This document shows positions 8,089 through 17,260 of a stretch of DNA of 20,000 nucleotides, one piece after another (positions within the stretch are counted from its first letter, which is position 1; every line of letters begins with the position of its first letter). The notes beneath the pieces are model-generated. The model was not told the DNA's origin. It ran no database searches and was given only the letters and a program-made list of their open reading frames with translations. Origin of the DNA: an uncultured virus (IMG/VR IMGVR_UViG_3300027828_000031) (lineage: Duplodnaviria > Heunggongvirae > Uroviricota > Caudoviricetes); IMG/VR virus record IMGVR_UViG_3300027828_000031, one strand, 5' to 3'. A program made the translations under genes and the position numbers.

Positions 8089-10764
8089 CTATTGTTCATT
8101 GAACATAAACTTCGTTTCTCCAATTCTTTGTGTGGGACCGTCCAAATATAAGCTAAATGGTATATCACGTTCACCATGTCTATTCTTATCAATTAATCCC
8201 TTAATATTCCCTACTACAGGTAGTGTGCCCTCATTAATCTCATCTTCTGTTCTACGCTTTAATGTAATATAGTTATCTGCATCTTGTGCTATTTCATATG
8301 ATCCTGCACCATGTTCGGCACGTGCATCATCTTCGATCAGTGCTTGTTTGCTTAACTGCGACACCAATACGACAGCCACCTTGAACTCATTCGCTAATTG
8401 CTTCCATGCCTTTGAGATCAGTCCAAGCTCCTGATATCGCTGTTTCTTAGTGCCAGATATCATTTGCAATTGAACGTAATCGATAAAGATAACTTTAGCT
8501 TTGTATTTCATTATATGTCTACGAGCTATTGACAATGCCTTTGATAAATCATGACCCTGATCTGCAATGTGTAATTTTGATTGTGCTAGTAATGCCGCCG
8601 CACCCTCTACTGATCTAAGTTCTTCCTGATCTACATGACCAGTACGTAACTTCTCTGATTCTACACCTGAGAGCATCGACATAAATCTAGTCGTACATTG
8701 TTCCTTAGTCATCTCAAGCGATAGCCATAATGAATCTTCCAATTCAGTTTCTGGCGCTGTTATTGAAATATATTCTGCCCAGTTTTGGCATGTTACAGTC
8801 TTACCAACTGTTTGATTTCCAGCCACTACAGTGAGTGTAGCATCATCTAGTCCTAGTAGTGCTTTAGACATCCCATAGAATTTTGGTCCTAAATGTACTC
8901 CAACAAACTCAACAGGATTCTGTACTTTGTCATAGAATTTCTCCATCCAATCCTGAGCTAACTTGAGTCCATCATCAGATTCTCTGTCTATATTGTTTTT
9001 ATAGACTGTACTATAGATATCTGTAATACCTTGGTCTAATGTCATACGTGGATCTTTAGTTAGATCATTAAGTGACATTTCCATCATATTGATCTGTTGT
9101 TTTGCCGCTCTACGTATTAGCTTGTCTTCGATATCGTCTACGAAAAATTCTACATCTCCATGTTTATCTAATAATTCTTTAATCCATTCATCAGTCAATA
9201 TTTGATCCATACTTAAATTCTTAATAATTGTCCGTAGTTCTAGCACATCTTTATGACCATATTTTTGTAGTATGTCAAATAAATTACGATGTCTTGATAA
9301 ATACCAATCTTGAGGATCAAATTGCTGTGACATATCAAGACAGAAGTCTTCATCTCTTAACATCTCACCAAGTACAATCTCTTCACCTTCGGGTGATGCC
9401 AATGATATATCATTAGTACATGCCACAGCCAAGTAATAATCCTCAACTTCATCGGTTGATATGCCTATCTTCGATGCCACATGTTGAATCATAATCTTCT
9501 TCATGAACGGATCATTGACTGCATTTATTAACTCTTGAGCATCCCACATGAAATCAATATTCATAGTCTGCTTATTTAGTTCAGTGTATCTATCTGACAT
9601 CTCCTCGTATAGAATATCAATTAGATATTGTGTTACATATACTGATGAGTCTAGTACTTCTTTGATTGCATCAAATCCATGCTGTCCAATATAGTCATCT
9701 GGGTCATAGCCCATAGGCAATAATGCTATTTTCAATCGGACATCTGTTTCGAATTTAAGATAATCTCGTGCTATCTTTTTAGTTCTAATACGACCAGCAC
9801 TGTCACCATCAAATAATAATATAAGTGTATGGATTCTATACTTATCACACATATCATAAGTACGTTTATTAATTGTAGTTCCTAATGCACCAAATGTTGG
9901 AAATCCTGCTTGACTGACTTTCATAGTATCAGGTGCACCCTCAACTACAACCGCTTGGTTATTGTAATTATGCAACTTTCTGCGCATTATATCAAAGCCA
10001 AAGAATCTGTCTTCCTTACTATAGAGTGGGTGATCATCATCTGCGCCAATATATCTCTGCCCTTTCGTAGCGGCTTCAAATGGTCTCGATTGAAAATACC
10101 TCATCGCACCCCATGGTGTTGTTACTGGGAATAGAATTGCATTATCAAATTGTTTCTTGGCTGTTGATCTGGTCTCTACTAAATGAAGTTCATTTTTGAA
10201 TTGTGCTATACACCCATCCCAAGTTGTTACACGTCCCATATTCATTCGGTCTGCATATCCAATTTTGTATTCCATGAGTGTATCTATTGTAAAACCACGA
10301 CCTAGCATATAATCCATCGCTTGTGGATTTGAAAATAACTTCTGATGTGCAAATTCTCTAGCCATTCCATTATTTGCATATAGTTCGTTTTCGTATTTCT
10401 CTTCTTCTGTTAATTCTGCCATATATGGTTGTAGATCAAACCCCATAATATCAGCCGCAATAAACATAGCTTCAATATGTGATACTTTTTTAACTTCCTC
10501 AACATATTGGATATGATCACCACTTGCTCCACACCCAAAACAGTAATAGAATCCTTTCTGTGGTTGCACAGTGAAGGATGGTGTTGTATCTTTCTCACCA
10601 TCATCTCCTGTAGGATGTATATCCATATTACATCGCTTCTTATAGAGTTCATCACTGACACGTATCATAGCTGATTTATCTACGGCTTCTATAAATCTGT
10701 TTAATGGCATGAAGCTACATAATTGGTCACGCAAGCCCTGTATGTCTCTTAATTTACCCTGCAA
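8089..10764 (-). CDS. dnaG: DnaG-type primase / DnaB-type replicative helicase fusion
   Basis: CHC2 Zn finger (C..H...TPSF...YYCFGCG); TOPRIM VVEGAPD, DGDSAG, DPDD; DnaB N-domain (EEIVLG...DWY...HR); helicase motifs TVGKT, SLEM, IDYVQL, SQLS, QDAD, KNRHG; TTG start. Confidence 0.92.
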   Translation of the reverse strand: MQGKLRDIQGLRDQLCSFMPLNRFIEAVDKSAMIRVSDELYKKRCNMDIHPTGDDGEKDTTPSFTVQPQKGFYYCFGCGASGDHIQYVEEVKKVSHIEAMFIAADIMGFDLQPYMAELTEEEKYENELYANNGMAREFAHQKLFSNPQAMDYMLGRGFTIDTLMEYKIGYADRMNMGRVTTWDGCIAQFKNELHLVETRSTAKKQFDNAILFPVTTPWGAMRYFQSRPFEAATKGQRYIGADDDHPLYSKEDRFFGFDIMRRKLHNYNNQAVVVEGAPDTMKVSQAGFPTFGALGTTINKRTYDMCDKYRIHTLILLFDGDSAGRIRTKKIARDYLKFETDVRLKIALLPMGYDPDDYIGQHGFDAIKEVLDSSVYVTQYLIDILYEEMSDRYTELNKQTMNIDFMWDAQELINAVNDPFMKKIMIQHVASKIGISTDEVEDYYLAVACTNDISLASPEGEEIVLGEMLRDEDFCLDMSQQFDPQDWYLSRHRNLFDILQKYGHKDVLELRTIIKNLSMDQILTDEWIKELLDKHGDVEFFVDDIEDKLIRRAAKQQINMMEMSLNDLTKDPRMTLDQGITDIYSTVYKNNIDRESDDGLKLAQDWMEKFYDKVQNPVEFVGVHLGPKFYGMSKALLGLDDATLTVVAGNQTVGKTVTCQNWAEYISITAPETELEDSLWLSLEMTKEQCTTRFMSMLSGVESEKLRTGHVDQEELRSVEGAAALLAQSKLHIADQGHDLSKALSIARRHIMKYKAKVIFIDYVQLQMISGTKKQRYQELGLISKAWKQLANEFKVAVVLVSQLSKQALIEDDARAEHGAGSYEIAQDADNYITLKRRTEDEINEGTLPVVGNIKGLIDKNRHGERDIPFSLYLDGPTQRIGETKFMFNEQ

Positions 10765-10766
10765 AT

Positions 10767-11459
10767 CTATCGCCCCTTAATGTTTCTGATGTCTCGTTTC
10801 AATCTGGCATTCCCTATAAGTTCATTAAACCGACTCTTAGATGTATCTAATGTTTGCTGATCATGACCAGATGATTCATTGTTTTTATAGAACTTCTCAT
10901 TATATGTTTCAGATATGAGCCTCTGTTTTACTTTTTGAGCATCCAATTCAATGCCAATCTGTGTTGATTTGATGACTTCATACATATAGGCGAAATTGCG
11001 TTGTCCATCTGCCAAACATCTGTCTACTGCTTTCATGACCATCCTATATGAATATTTCTTAGTAGTGATCTCAAACATCTTATGTAGTGTATTATATGTC
11101 ATGTCATCGTTCAATACCTTATCACATATGATTTGATACATCATTATATTGGTTGCATAATCACCCTTCTCAGGATCTGGATTCTTAAATATTAACTTAT
11201 CAAAAATTGGATTAACCGCGCCGCAGTTCGTAAGTTTCATCATGTCGCCATAAGTAAATAAATCACGTGCGCGTACTATATTACCCTTGGCAATGCATTT
11301 GTCTATAGCTTTTTCGATATGTTCTGCTCTAAGTTTAAGAACTAACTCATCCATTGTTAATGCTTCATTTGCATCGATTTCATATCTAAATCCATTGTTT
11401 ATATTATATGAGGAGATCACATTAAGCAATCTCCTCGACTCTCTAGCCATATAAACCAT
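10767..11459 (-). CDS. DnaD/DnaB_2-domain-like replication protein (putative helicase loader or initiator partner)
   Basis: YSYRMVMKAVDRCLADGQRNFAYMYEVIK resembles the DnaD-domain consensus (A...A...gkrn..Y...IL); lies just upstream of the primase-helicase. Confidence 0.5.
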   Translation of the reverse strand: MVYMARESRRLLNVISSYNINNGFRYEIDANEALTMDELVLKLRAEHIEKAIDKCIAKGNIVRARDLFTYGDMMKLTNCGAVNPIFDKLIFKNPDPEKGDYATNIMMYQIICDKVLNDDMTYNTLHKMFEITTKKYSYRMVMKAVDRCLADGQRNFAYMYEVIKSTQIGIELDAQKVKQRLISETYNEKFYKNNESSGHDQQTLDTSKSRFNELIGNARLKRDIRNIKGR

Positions 11460-11462
11460 AAT

Positions 11463-11951
11463 CTAGCTCTTTCCTGAGGACTTCGCTTTTTCATTATGCT
11501 CATCAATCAATTGTTTTGCAAGATCCTCTACTCTAGTAAAATCATCTATACCAACCAATTGTGCAATTGCACGCATGTAAAAATCTACCATAGTCATGCG
11601 CTGATTTAACATATTGTTTACTAAGTCCGCGGCTAATTGTCCTGTAATTGGACTAGTGAATTCTTCATATGCCTGTTTACCAGCTTGCACCATCACGTTC
11701 CAGTTGGTTGCTAATCCATTTTGAACTTTACTTCTAATATCTGCTTTCAATGCTTTGTCTAATTTCTTCCATAGACGATATATGACTTTATTATTGTGAT
11801 TAGTTTGTAGATCTATGATCATCTGGTATCCGATTACTGGACCTTGCTTATCCATAAATTTCAGCATTTCGAGTGGTGTTAAATCCACCATCTGATCAAA
11901 TAATTCATCGTACTTCTTTCTTTGATTTTTATCCATTACTACGTGTCCCAT
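11463..11951 (-). CDS. hypothetical helical protein
   Basis: 162-aa ORF with AGGAGG SD; co-oriented and tightly packed. Confidence 0.75.
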   Translation of the reverse strand: MGHVVMDKNQRKKYDELFDQMVDLTPLEMLKFMDKQGPVIGYQMIIDLQTNHNNKVIYRLWKKLDKALKADIRSKVQNGLATNWNVMVQAGKQAYEEFTSPITGQLAADLVNNMLNQRMTMVDFYMRAIAQLVGIDDFTRVEDLAKQLIDEHNEKAKSSGKS

Positions 11952-11960
11952 AATAGCCTC

Positions 11961-13028
11961 CTATAGATATTGATTCCTAAGTTCTAGTGCATCTGTGATA
12001 TTCTTCAATGAATTGTCAATTGATTGCATCGTTTTATTTAGTTCTTCAATCATTTGGAATAAGTTAATATTTGTGCCAATATTACCACCACCGCCACGTG
12101 CTCCGCGTCTCTTAATCTCAGCATCAACTGATTCCTGTAATATCTGCGGTGGTCCTGAATAGTCTAACCCAGCCAATTTCCTCATCCATAGTGTATCTCT
12201 AGACGACCTAATTCCATCCTCTTTAGCTTTCTGGCTGTAATAGATATACTTATATTCAGTATATAGATGCTCAGGTATTGGATATTCTTCGATATTACCA
12301 TTGAGTGTCATGAAGTAATCGCATGGCAATGATTCAATAGACTCAAATAAATAAAGCCAGAATGTGTCCGCACTATCATCGCCGTAATACCATGTACTAT
12401 TCATATATGGCGGATCCAAGAATACTAGATCACCACCCTCGATATTATGCATTTGTAGAAATAAAAATTTGCTAACCTCATCATTATAGATAGATATTCT
12501 ATCTTTAAATGGCTCAAGTGCATTATGCCATGCCATTATATTAGATTCTACTGTGGATGGTGTTGCCATTCTTTTACCCCATGATGATACAAACTTGCCA
12601 TCTTTATATTTAACCTCACCACGCATGGAACCGCGAATTAAGGCATATAATAGATGATGTTTGTTGATATTATTGAGATTTATGATCTCGTCATCAGAGT
12701 CTGATACATCATTGTTATATTCAGCCTTTACAGCTTCATAGAATAGTCCGCTCATATTGATAATATTATATAATCGTTCATAGTTATCTATGATCTCACT
12801 AGGTCTATATACTAGATCTCTCCATAATGCCATCAGATCTTGGTTGATGTCATTGATTATAATATTGCCATTTATTTTGACTCTAGATAATATCTCTCGT
12901 AATTCTCCACCTGACCCGATAAATGGAATAATCAGATTGTTGACTTCTGCTGGGAAATTATCTACGATATCTGCCGCCTGTTTCCGTTTAGATCCTGCCC
13001 ATGGGATCCATCCTTTATATGCCATCAT
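11961..13028 (-). CDS. dam: Dam-family (D12 class) N6-adenine DNA methyltransferase
   Basis: IPWAGSK, PFIGSG (SAM-binding), NDIN, FLDPPY catalytic motif; target site may not be GATC. Confidence 0.88.
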   Translation of the reverse strand: MMAYKGWIPWAGSKRKQAADIVDNFPAEVNNLIIPFIGSGGELREILSRVKINGNIIINDINQDLMALWRDLVYRPSEIIDNYERLYNIINMSGLFYEAVKAEYNNDVSDSDDEIINLNNINKHHLLYALIRGSMRGEVKYKDGKFVSSWGKRMATPSTVESNIMAWHNALEPFKDRISIYNDEVSKFLFLQMHNIEGGDLVFLDPPYMNSTWYYGDDSADTFWLYLFESIESLPCDYFMTLNGNIEEYPIPEHLYTEYKYIYYSQKAKEDGIRSSRDTLWMRKLAGLDYSGPPQILQESVDAEIKRRGARGGGGNIGTNINLFQMIEELNKTMQSIDNSLKNITDALELRNQYL

Positions 13029-13034
13029 ATCCTC

Positions 13035-13343
13035 CTATAATTTTGCAAATTCGTCTTCACGAGCCTCATAGATCTCACCAAGTACATCACCTACTGCACG
13101 CAATATTCGCTTCTGCTCATCTTTGGTGAATACTAAATGTGATGAATTGTCCCCATGATATTGATCACATAGTGTATATGTTGGATTCTTGCTGACAATT
13201 CTTAATGCTATACCACTACTGTCCATTGATGTTTCACATTCAATGAGTTTTTCAGTCATGGTCTTAATCTTCTCCATGTCATTAAATAATTGCTTTGATG
13301 CTTTTACCCTAGTCTCCATATATTCTAATGTTTTGATATCCAT
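13035..13343 (-). CDS. hypothetical protein
   Basis: 102-aa ORF; AGGAGG SD; TAATG coupling to the upstream gene. Confidence 0.7.
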   Translation of the reverse strand: MDIKTLEYMETRVKASKQLFNDMEKIKTMTEKLIECETSMDSSGIALRIVSKNPTYTLCDQYHGDNSSHLVFTKDEQKRILRAVGDVLGEIYEAREDEFAKL

Positions 13344-13600
13344 TACTTTTCCTCCTTATAACATTTATTACATATATGTTGTTTTAGTTTAGTATGATAG
13401 CATTTAGTTGGTTGATCGCATATATAACATGGATAAAATAATCTCTGTTGCATAATCACACTACCATCAAAACCCTTGCAATATCCAGATTTACGTAATG
13501 TGAACCCAAGCTGGCACTTCAAATCTGGCCTATGGTGCCTCATAATCTGTAATGCATTTGTACATCTAGCACACTTAGAACACCATATCATATCATACAT
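13343..13600 (-). CDS. small Cys-rich putative zinc-binding protein
   Basis: CxxCxxC...C...C plus CxxC...CxxC; GGAGG SD; TAATG coupling on both sides. Confidence 0.65.
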   Translation of the reverse strand: MYDMIWCSKCARCTNALQIMRHHRPDLKCQLGFTLRKSGYCKGFDGSVIMQQRLFYPCYICDQPTKCYHTKLKQHICNKCYKEEK

Positions 13601-15060
13601 TATTTTACCTCCTCAAATTTGAACTCGGGTTCCGTCTTCCAAATCTTAATCTTATTATTGATATGTTTATTAATAAATGGTGCATTGTCTCTGAACGTTG
13701 AAAATATCGCCTCTGTCTTGTCATCATGCAGTCTCATAATACGACCAATCCTTTGCAATGCTGTTGTCGACGATTTTCCAGCACCAGCTTCAACCACTGC
13801 CTCAAGTCTAGGTACATCCAATCCAACATCCGCTATTGACGATGCAATAACCAATGGTGCTTTACCATCTCTCATATCTTGGATTGTTTGCTCACGATGT
13901 TTCTTCCCTGATTTACCAGATATCATAAGTGCATCTATACCAAATGCTTTAAACATCTTCTGCAGAATTTCTCCATGTTTTATTTGAGTAATCAGCACCA
14001 ATGTATTTAGACCATTTGCATGATGTCTTAATGCTTCATTAACAACCTGCATATTTCTAGAATTGTTTTCAACAATTGCTGATTTATAAACTTGAGCATA
14101 TGTTCTACCACTCCATATATTGTCTATTACATCTATGATTTTAATTGTTGGTTGCATAAGCCATCCATCCCTAATTAAATCGGATGCAGTATTAAAAACT
14201 ATGATCTCACCAAATGCGGCCCTGATCATCATTGATCCTCCATCATCGCGCCAAGGACTAGCACTCAAGCCATATGCTCTACTTGCATTTTTAAACATTT
14301 GACGTGCGCCAAATGCTGTAGAACTACCAACACGCTGTGTTTCATCAAACAATACTAATCCAACTGTATGTGACCAATTGAGTATGTCTTTTTTATGTTG
14401 TTTAATATCCATTTTATCTTCATATCCATGACCTTCTTCATCAAAGGCATATTTCTCATAGAATGACTTAGATAAGCACTGCGATAGAGTTTGTACAGTA
14501 GCAACAGTGATATCTTGTAGATTAACAATGCCACCGCCAATCTGTCCAATTTCAATCCCAAATGCGGCATGCAGTGTATCCATTACCTGCTTAAGTAAAT
14601 CTAATGTATGAACTATAACTACGGCTCTACAGCCAATAGATTCTATAATACCAGCCATCATTACGGTCTTGCCCGAGCCAGTAGCAGATTGAATTATTCC
14701 ACTTTTAGCAAATGTTGCCTTAATAATTGTTTCATTTTGATAGTCTCTAAATTGGAAGTTACATCTAGGATAAGATACTGGAGTACCATTTGAATATTGA
14801 AATACATACTCGTATTTATACTCATATCTAGTCAATAAACCAGATACTATATCCAATATGCCAGTTGGGAATGATTTTGTGTTAATATTAAATAGATGCT
14901 TACGACCATCCCATTTACCACATTTGCCACCCTTCTTCATAAAATGTTGTCCTTGAATCTCATATGAACATACTTCTTGAATTTTACTTAATGTGGCAGG
15001 GTCTATATGGCCTTCAATTATACAAACTGTATTACTTACATTAATCTTGACTAATTGCAT
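13600..15060 (-). CDS. superfamily 2 DNA helicase (UvsW/XPB-like)
   Basis: Q motif FRDYQ, Walker A ATGSGKT, TVQT, DETQ, SASP, GLDVP, QRIGRIMR. Confidence 0.9.
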   Translation of the reverse strand: MQLVKINVSNTVCIIEGHIDPATLSKIQEVCSYEIQGQHFMKKGGKCGKWDGRKHLFNINTKSFPTGILDIVSGLLTRYEYKYEYVFQYSNGTPVSYPRCNFQFRDYQNETIIKATFAKSGIIQSATGSGKTVMMAGIIESIGCRAVVIVHTLDLLKQVMDTLHAAFGIEIGQIGGGIVNLQDITVATVQTLSQCLSKSFYEKYAFDEEGHGYEDKMDIKQHKKDILNWSHTVGLVLFDETQRVGSSTAFGARQMFKNASRAYGLSASPWRDDGGSMMIRAAFGEIIVFNTASDLIRDGWLMQPTIKIIDVIDNIWSGRTYAQVYKSAIVENNSRNMQVVNEALRHHANGLNTLVLITQIKHGEILQKMFKAFGIDALMISGKSGKKHREQTIQDMRDGKAPLVIASSIADVGLDVPRLEAVVEAGAGKSSTTALQRIGRIMRLHDDKTEAIFSTFRDNAPFINKHINNKIKIWKTEPEFKFEEVK

Positions 15061-15670
15061 TCTCTTTCACTTCCTTCCATCTATCCTTATTGATACTATG
15101 GATAGCGGTAGTGAATTGCTTAAGTGTCATAATGACATAAACTTTGCCTTTGAATTTAAAATAGACACAACATTTTGGTTGCTTATAAAAATTCTTGATG
15201 TTTAGTCTATCAGCCATTTCGATTTCTGAAATATAAAGGTTCTTTATCTTGTTATTCATCTGGATTTCTAACATCAATGGCAGTGTTGCGTCTGCATGGA
15301 TCATCTTGAGCATAGTTGTATTATTAATCATAACAAATCCAAATGGTACCTTTGGTCTAGAGAATGCAAAGAACCATTCTGCTCCATAGATTTCACATTC
15401 ATCTTCAATTTGTTCTATATCTTCGATTGGTATTTTGTGTCTAGGTTTAAGCTCTGATGGAACAATTCTCTTTTTTGCCTCACCTAGCCAATTACAGGGA
15501 CCAGTGCCCTCATTGTCTCTAATATCTCCCCATCCAAACCTTGAATTTGAACCGGAATATGGTACTACATACATATTAAGGGACTTAGCTATCTTCTTTT
15601 CGAAAGCCTTGCCCCTCTTGCGATTATTGGCATTTTTCCGTGCCAATGGACTCTTTTTCTTCTTTGCCAT
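15041..15670 (-). CDS. PD-(D/E)xK nuclease, Hjc-like Holliday junction resolvase
   Basis: RGKAFEKKIA...SGS...GDI...EAK catalytic pattern; located between SSB and helicase. Confidence 0.7.
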   Translation of the reverse strand: MAKKKKSPLARKNANNRKRGKAFEKKIAKSLNMYVVPYSGSNSRFGWGDIRDNEGTGPCNWLGEAKKRIVPSELKPRHKIPIEDIEQIEDECEIYGAEWFFAFSRPKVPFGFVMINNTTMLKMIHADATLPLMLEIQMNNKIKNLYISEIEMADRLNIKNFYKQPKCCVYFKFKGKVYVIMTLKQFTTAIHSINKDRWKEVKENAISQD

Positions 15671-15677
15671 TTTATTG

Positions 15678-15711
15678 CCTCCTAGATAAGGAGGGTGCCA
15701 CTAGGGCACCC
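15678..15711 (-). promoter_or_regulatory. double hairpin after ssb: GC-rich stem-loop (possible weak terminator) plus anti-SD hairpin
   Basis: GGGTGCC-CTAGT-GGCACCC (15711-15693) and CCTCCT-TATCT-AGGAGG (15694-15678); the second covers the resolvase SD. Confidence 0.55.
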
Positions 15712-15717
15712 ATTAGA

Positions 15718-16923
15718 TTATTCAATACCTAAGAATGTTGTTAGATGTTGTAACTGCTCATCTGTCATAGCATAGATATTAGTTACACCATTACATTCTC
15801 TTGCTAGTAGATCGATTACTGCTTGATATCCTTTGCCTGATACCTCAGGATGTGATTGAATTGACACGTTTATCTTTTGAATCACTTGGTTCTTATCAAA
15901 CGCCGTATCCGGTTGTCCAACCTGTGTTTGTGGTTGAGCCGTAGCCGCTGGTGCTGTCTGCTGTGGCTGTGTTGGCGGTGTTTGAGTTGCTACAGTACCA
16001 GTTGGTTGTGGTGTAATTGGTTGACTAGGAACTGTTGCTGTTGGCGCTTGCTGTACTGGAGTTCCTTGTTGCGGGTTATTGAAATTTGGTACTCCATCAA
16101 TCATAACACCACGTAGATTTACCATAATAATTTGTGCACACGCTTTAGTTTCATTTTGACGTTTAGATGTTGACAGCCAATCTATAAAACTAGGATCTTG
16201 TGCATTAATTTGTTCAAGTGTTGCACCTTTATGCTTAGTATTTGGCATTACATGTGCTAATGCTTCTTTTAGAGATTTTGGATATTCTAGTTCTAGAGGT
16301 TTAATGAATTCTTCCCAATTCAATCCAACTTCTAATACTTTAGCTTGCATTGTTTCTACAGTGTCTGGTGCATAAACTTCTGCTAAAATAGGCAATTGTG
16401 GTTGTAGTGAGTCATAACCTGGATAAACATCAGTAGGTTGTGGCATCGCTGATGATCCAATGTATTCCGTACTGAACATATCACCCTTAGTACCTGTCTT
16501 GGTTGCTATAAAATTCATTGCTTCAATATTCTGTTTCGCTTTTGCAAGTGGTGACAGTGATTTAAATAGATCTGTACCTGATTTTAAAATTCGAACTGAT
16601 TGTGTAGAATAATCCCAAACTGGCATTGCCATACGTAATCTGCTTGCATGTTTGCCACCTGTTTTACAAACTGGACAATTTTCCATGCCTGGGCAGATTA
16701 TTTCTCTATAAAATGCACCGCCATTAGGGTCATTTTTGCGTGCTTCATTTTGTATTGGATGACTATAGAACCCATGAGGCTGTTCTCCTAAATCCGTTCT
16801 AAGTAATGGTCGTACAATTTTTGGTTCATTGTACTCAAGTTTGATCTCTTGACCAGAACCCCCACCACCGTTTGACATCTTACCAGTACCATCAATTACA
16901 TCCCAAGTATTAATTCCTGACAT
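15718..16923 (-). CDS. ssb: single-stranded DNA-binding protein (gp32-like OB fold with Zn site) with extra C-terminal domains
   Basis: H...CPGMENCPVC Zn site, VWDY...VRILK..TDLF, TKTGT..STEY pattern typical of gp32-like phage SSBs; replication context. Confidence 0.65.
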   Translation of the reverse strand: MSGINTWDVIDGTGKMSNGGGGSGQEIKLEYNEPKIVRPLLRTDLGEQPHGFYSHPIQNEARKNDPNGGAFYREIICPGMENCPVCKTGGKHASRLRMAMPVWDYSTQSVRILKSGTDLFKSLSPLAKAKQNIEAMNFIATKTGTKGDMFSTEYIGSSAMPQPTDVYPGYDSLQPQLPILAEVYAPDTVETMQAKVLEVGLNWEEFIKPLELEYPKSLKEALAHVMPNTKHKGATLEQINAQDPSFIDWLSTSKRQNETKACAQIIMVNLRGVMIDGVPNFNNPQQGTPVQQAPTATVPSQPITPQPTGTVATQTPPTQPQQTAPAATAQPQTQVGQPDTAFDKNQVIQKINVSIQSHPEVSGKGYQAVIDLLARECNGVTNIYAMTDEQLQHLTTFLGIE

Positions 16924-16941
16924 TCTAAATTCCTCCTCTTA

Positions 16942-17169
16942 TTAATTAAATATAAACATCACGTCATAGACATAGATGTCATCGCTATATTTGTGTTCCA
17001 TCTTTTCATCATATGTATTTAACATATAATCCATCTTCTGATCTAAATTTTGAGTATTTGTAATTAACTCAATACCTGATGGTAGCATTACTGCCACTAC
17101 CATATAGACCATATTAACACCTGATTCCATCTTTGCCTTTGCATCTTCAAATTTCTTTCTAATATGCAT
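16942..17169 (-). CDS. small hypothetical phage protein
   Basis: 75 aa; AAGGAGG SD; ELI-x-N-x2-NL-x2-K-x2-Y-x3-TYD pattern recalled from Firmicute phage hypotheticals. Confidence 0.7.
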   Translation of the reverse strand: MHIRKKFEDAKAKMESGVNMVYMVVAVMLPSGIELITNTQNLDQKMDYMLNTYDEKMEHKYSDDIYVYDVMFIFN

Positions 17170-17214
17170 TAATCTTCCTCCTTACAGTTTGATCCTGCAA
17201 CGTACTTATACGCT

Positions 17215-17245
17215 AAAGGAGAGACCCTTATTAAGTCCCTCCCTC
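17215..17245 (-). terminator. stem-loop, possible intrinsic terminator or processing site
   Basis: GAGGGAGGGACTT-AATAA-GGGTCTCTCCTTT on the minus strand, several G-U pairs, only a short U run. Confidence 0.4.
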
Positions 17246-17260
17246 GCTGTTATTTCTAAC

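Noticed and set aside
12684..13008. Six GATC sites in about 325 bp in the 5' part of dam
   Set aside because: Post-hoc small sample, inside coding sequence, and the enzyme's GATC-reading residues appear changed.
14335..14350. Helicase motif II reads DETQ rather than DExH/D
   Set aside because: Catalytic DE and the other SF2 motifs are intact; treated as ordinary variation.
15905..16080. Possible tandem DNA repeat in ssb
   Set aside because: Low complexity at the protein level only; no regular nucleotide repeat unit.
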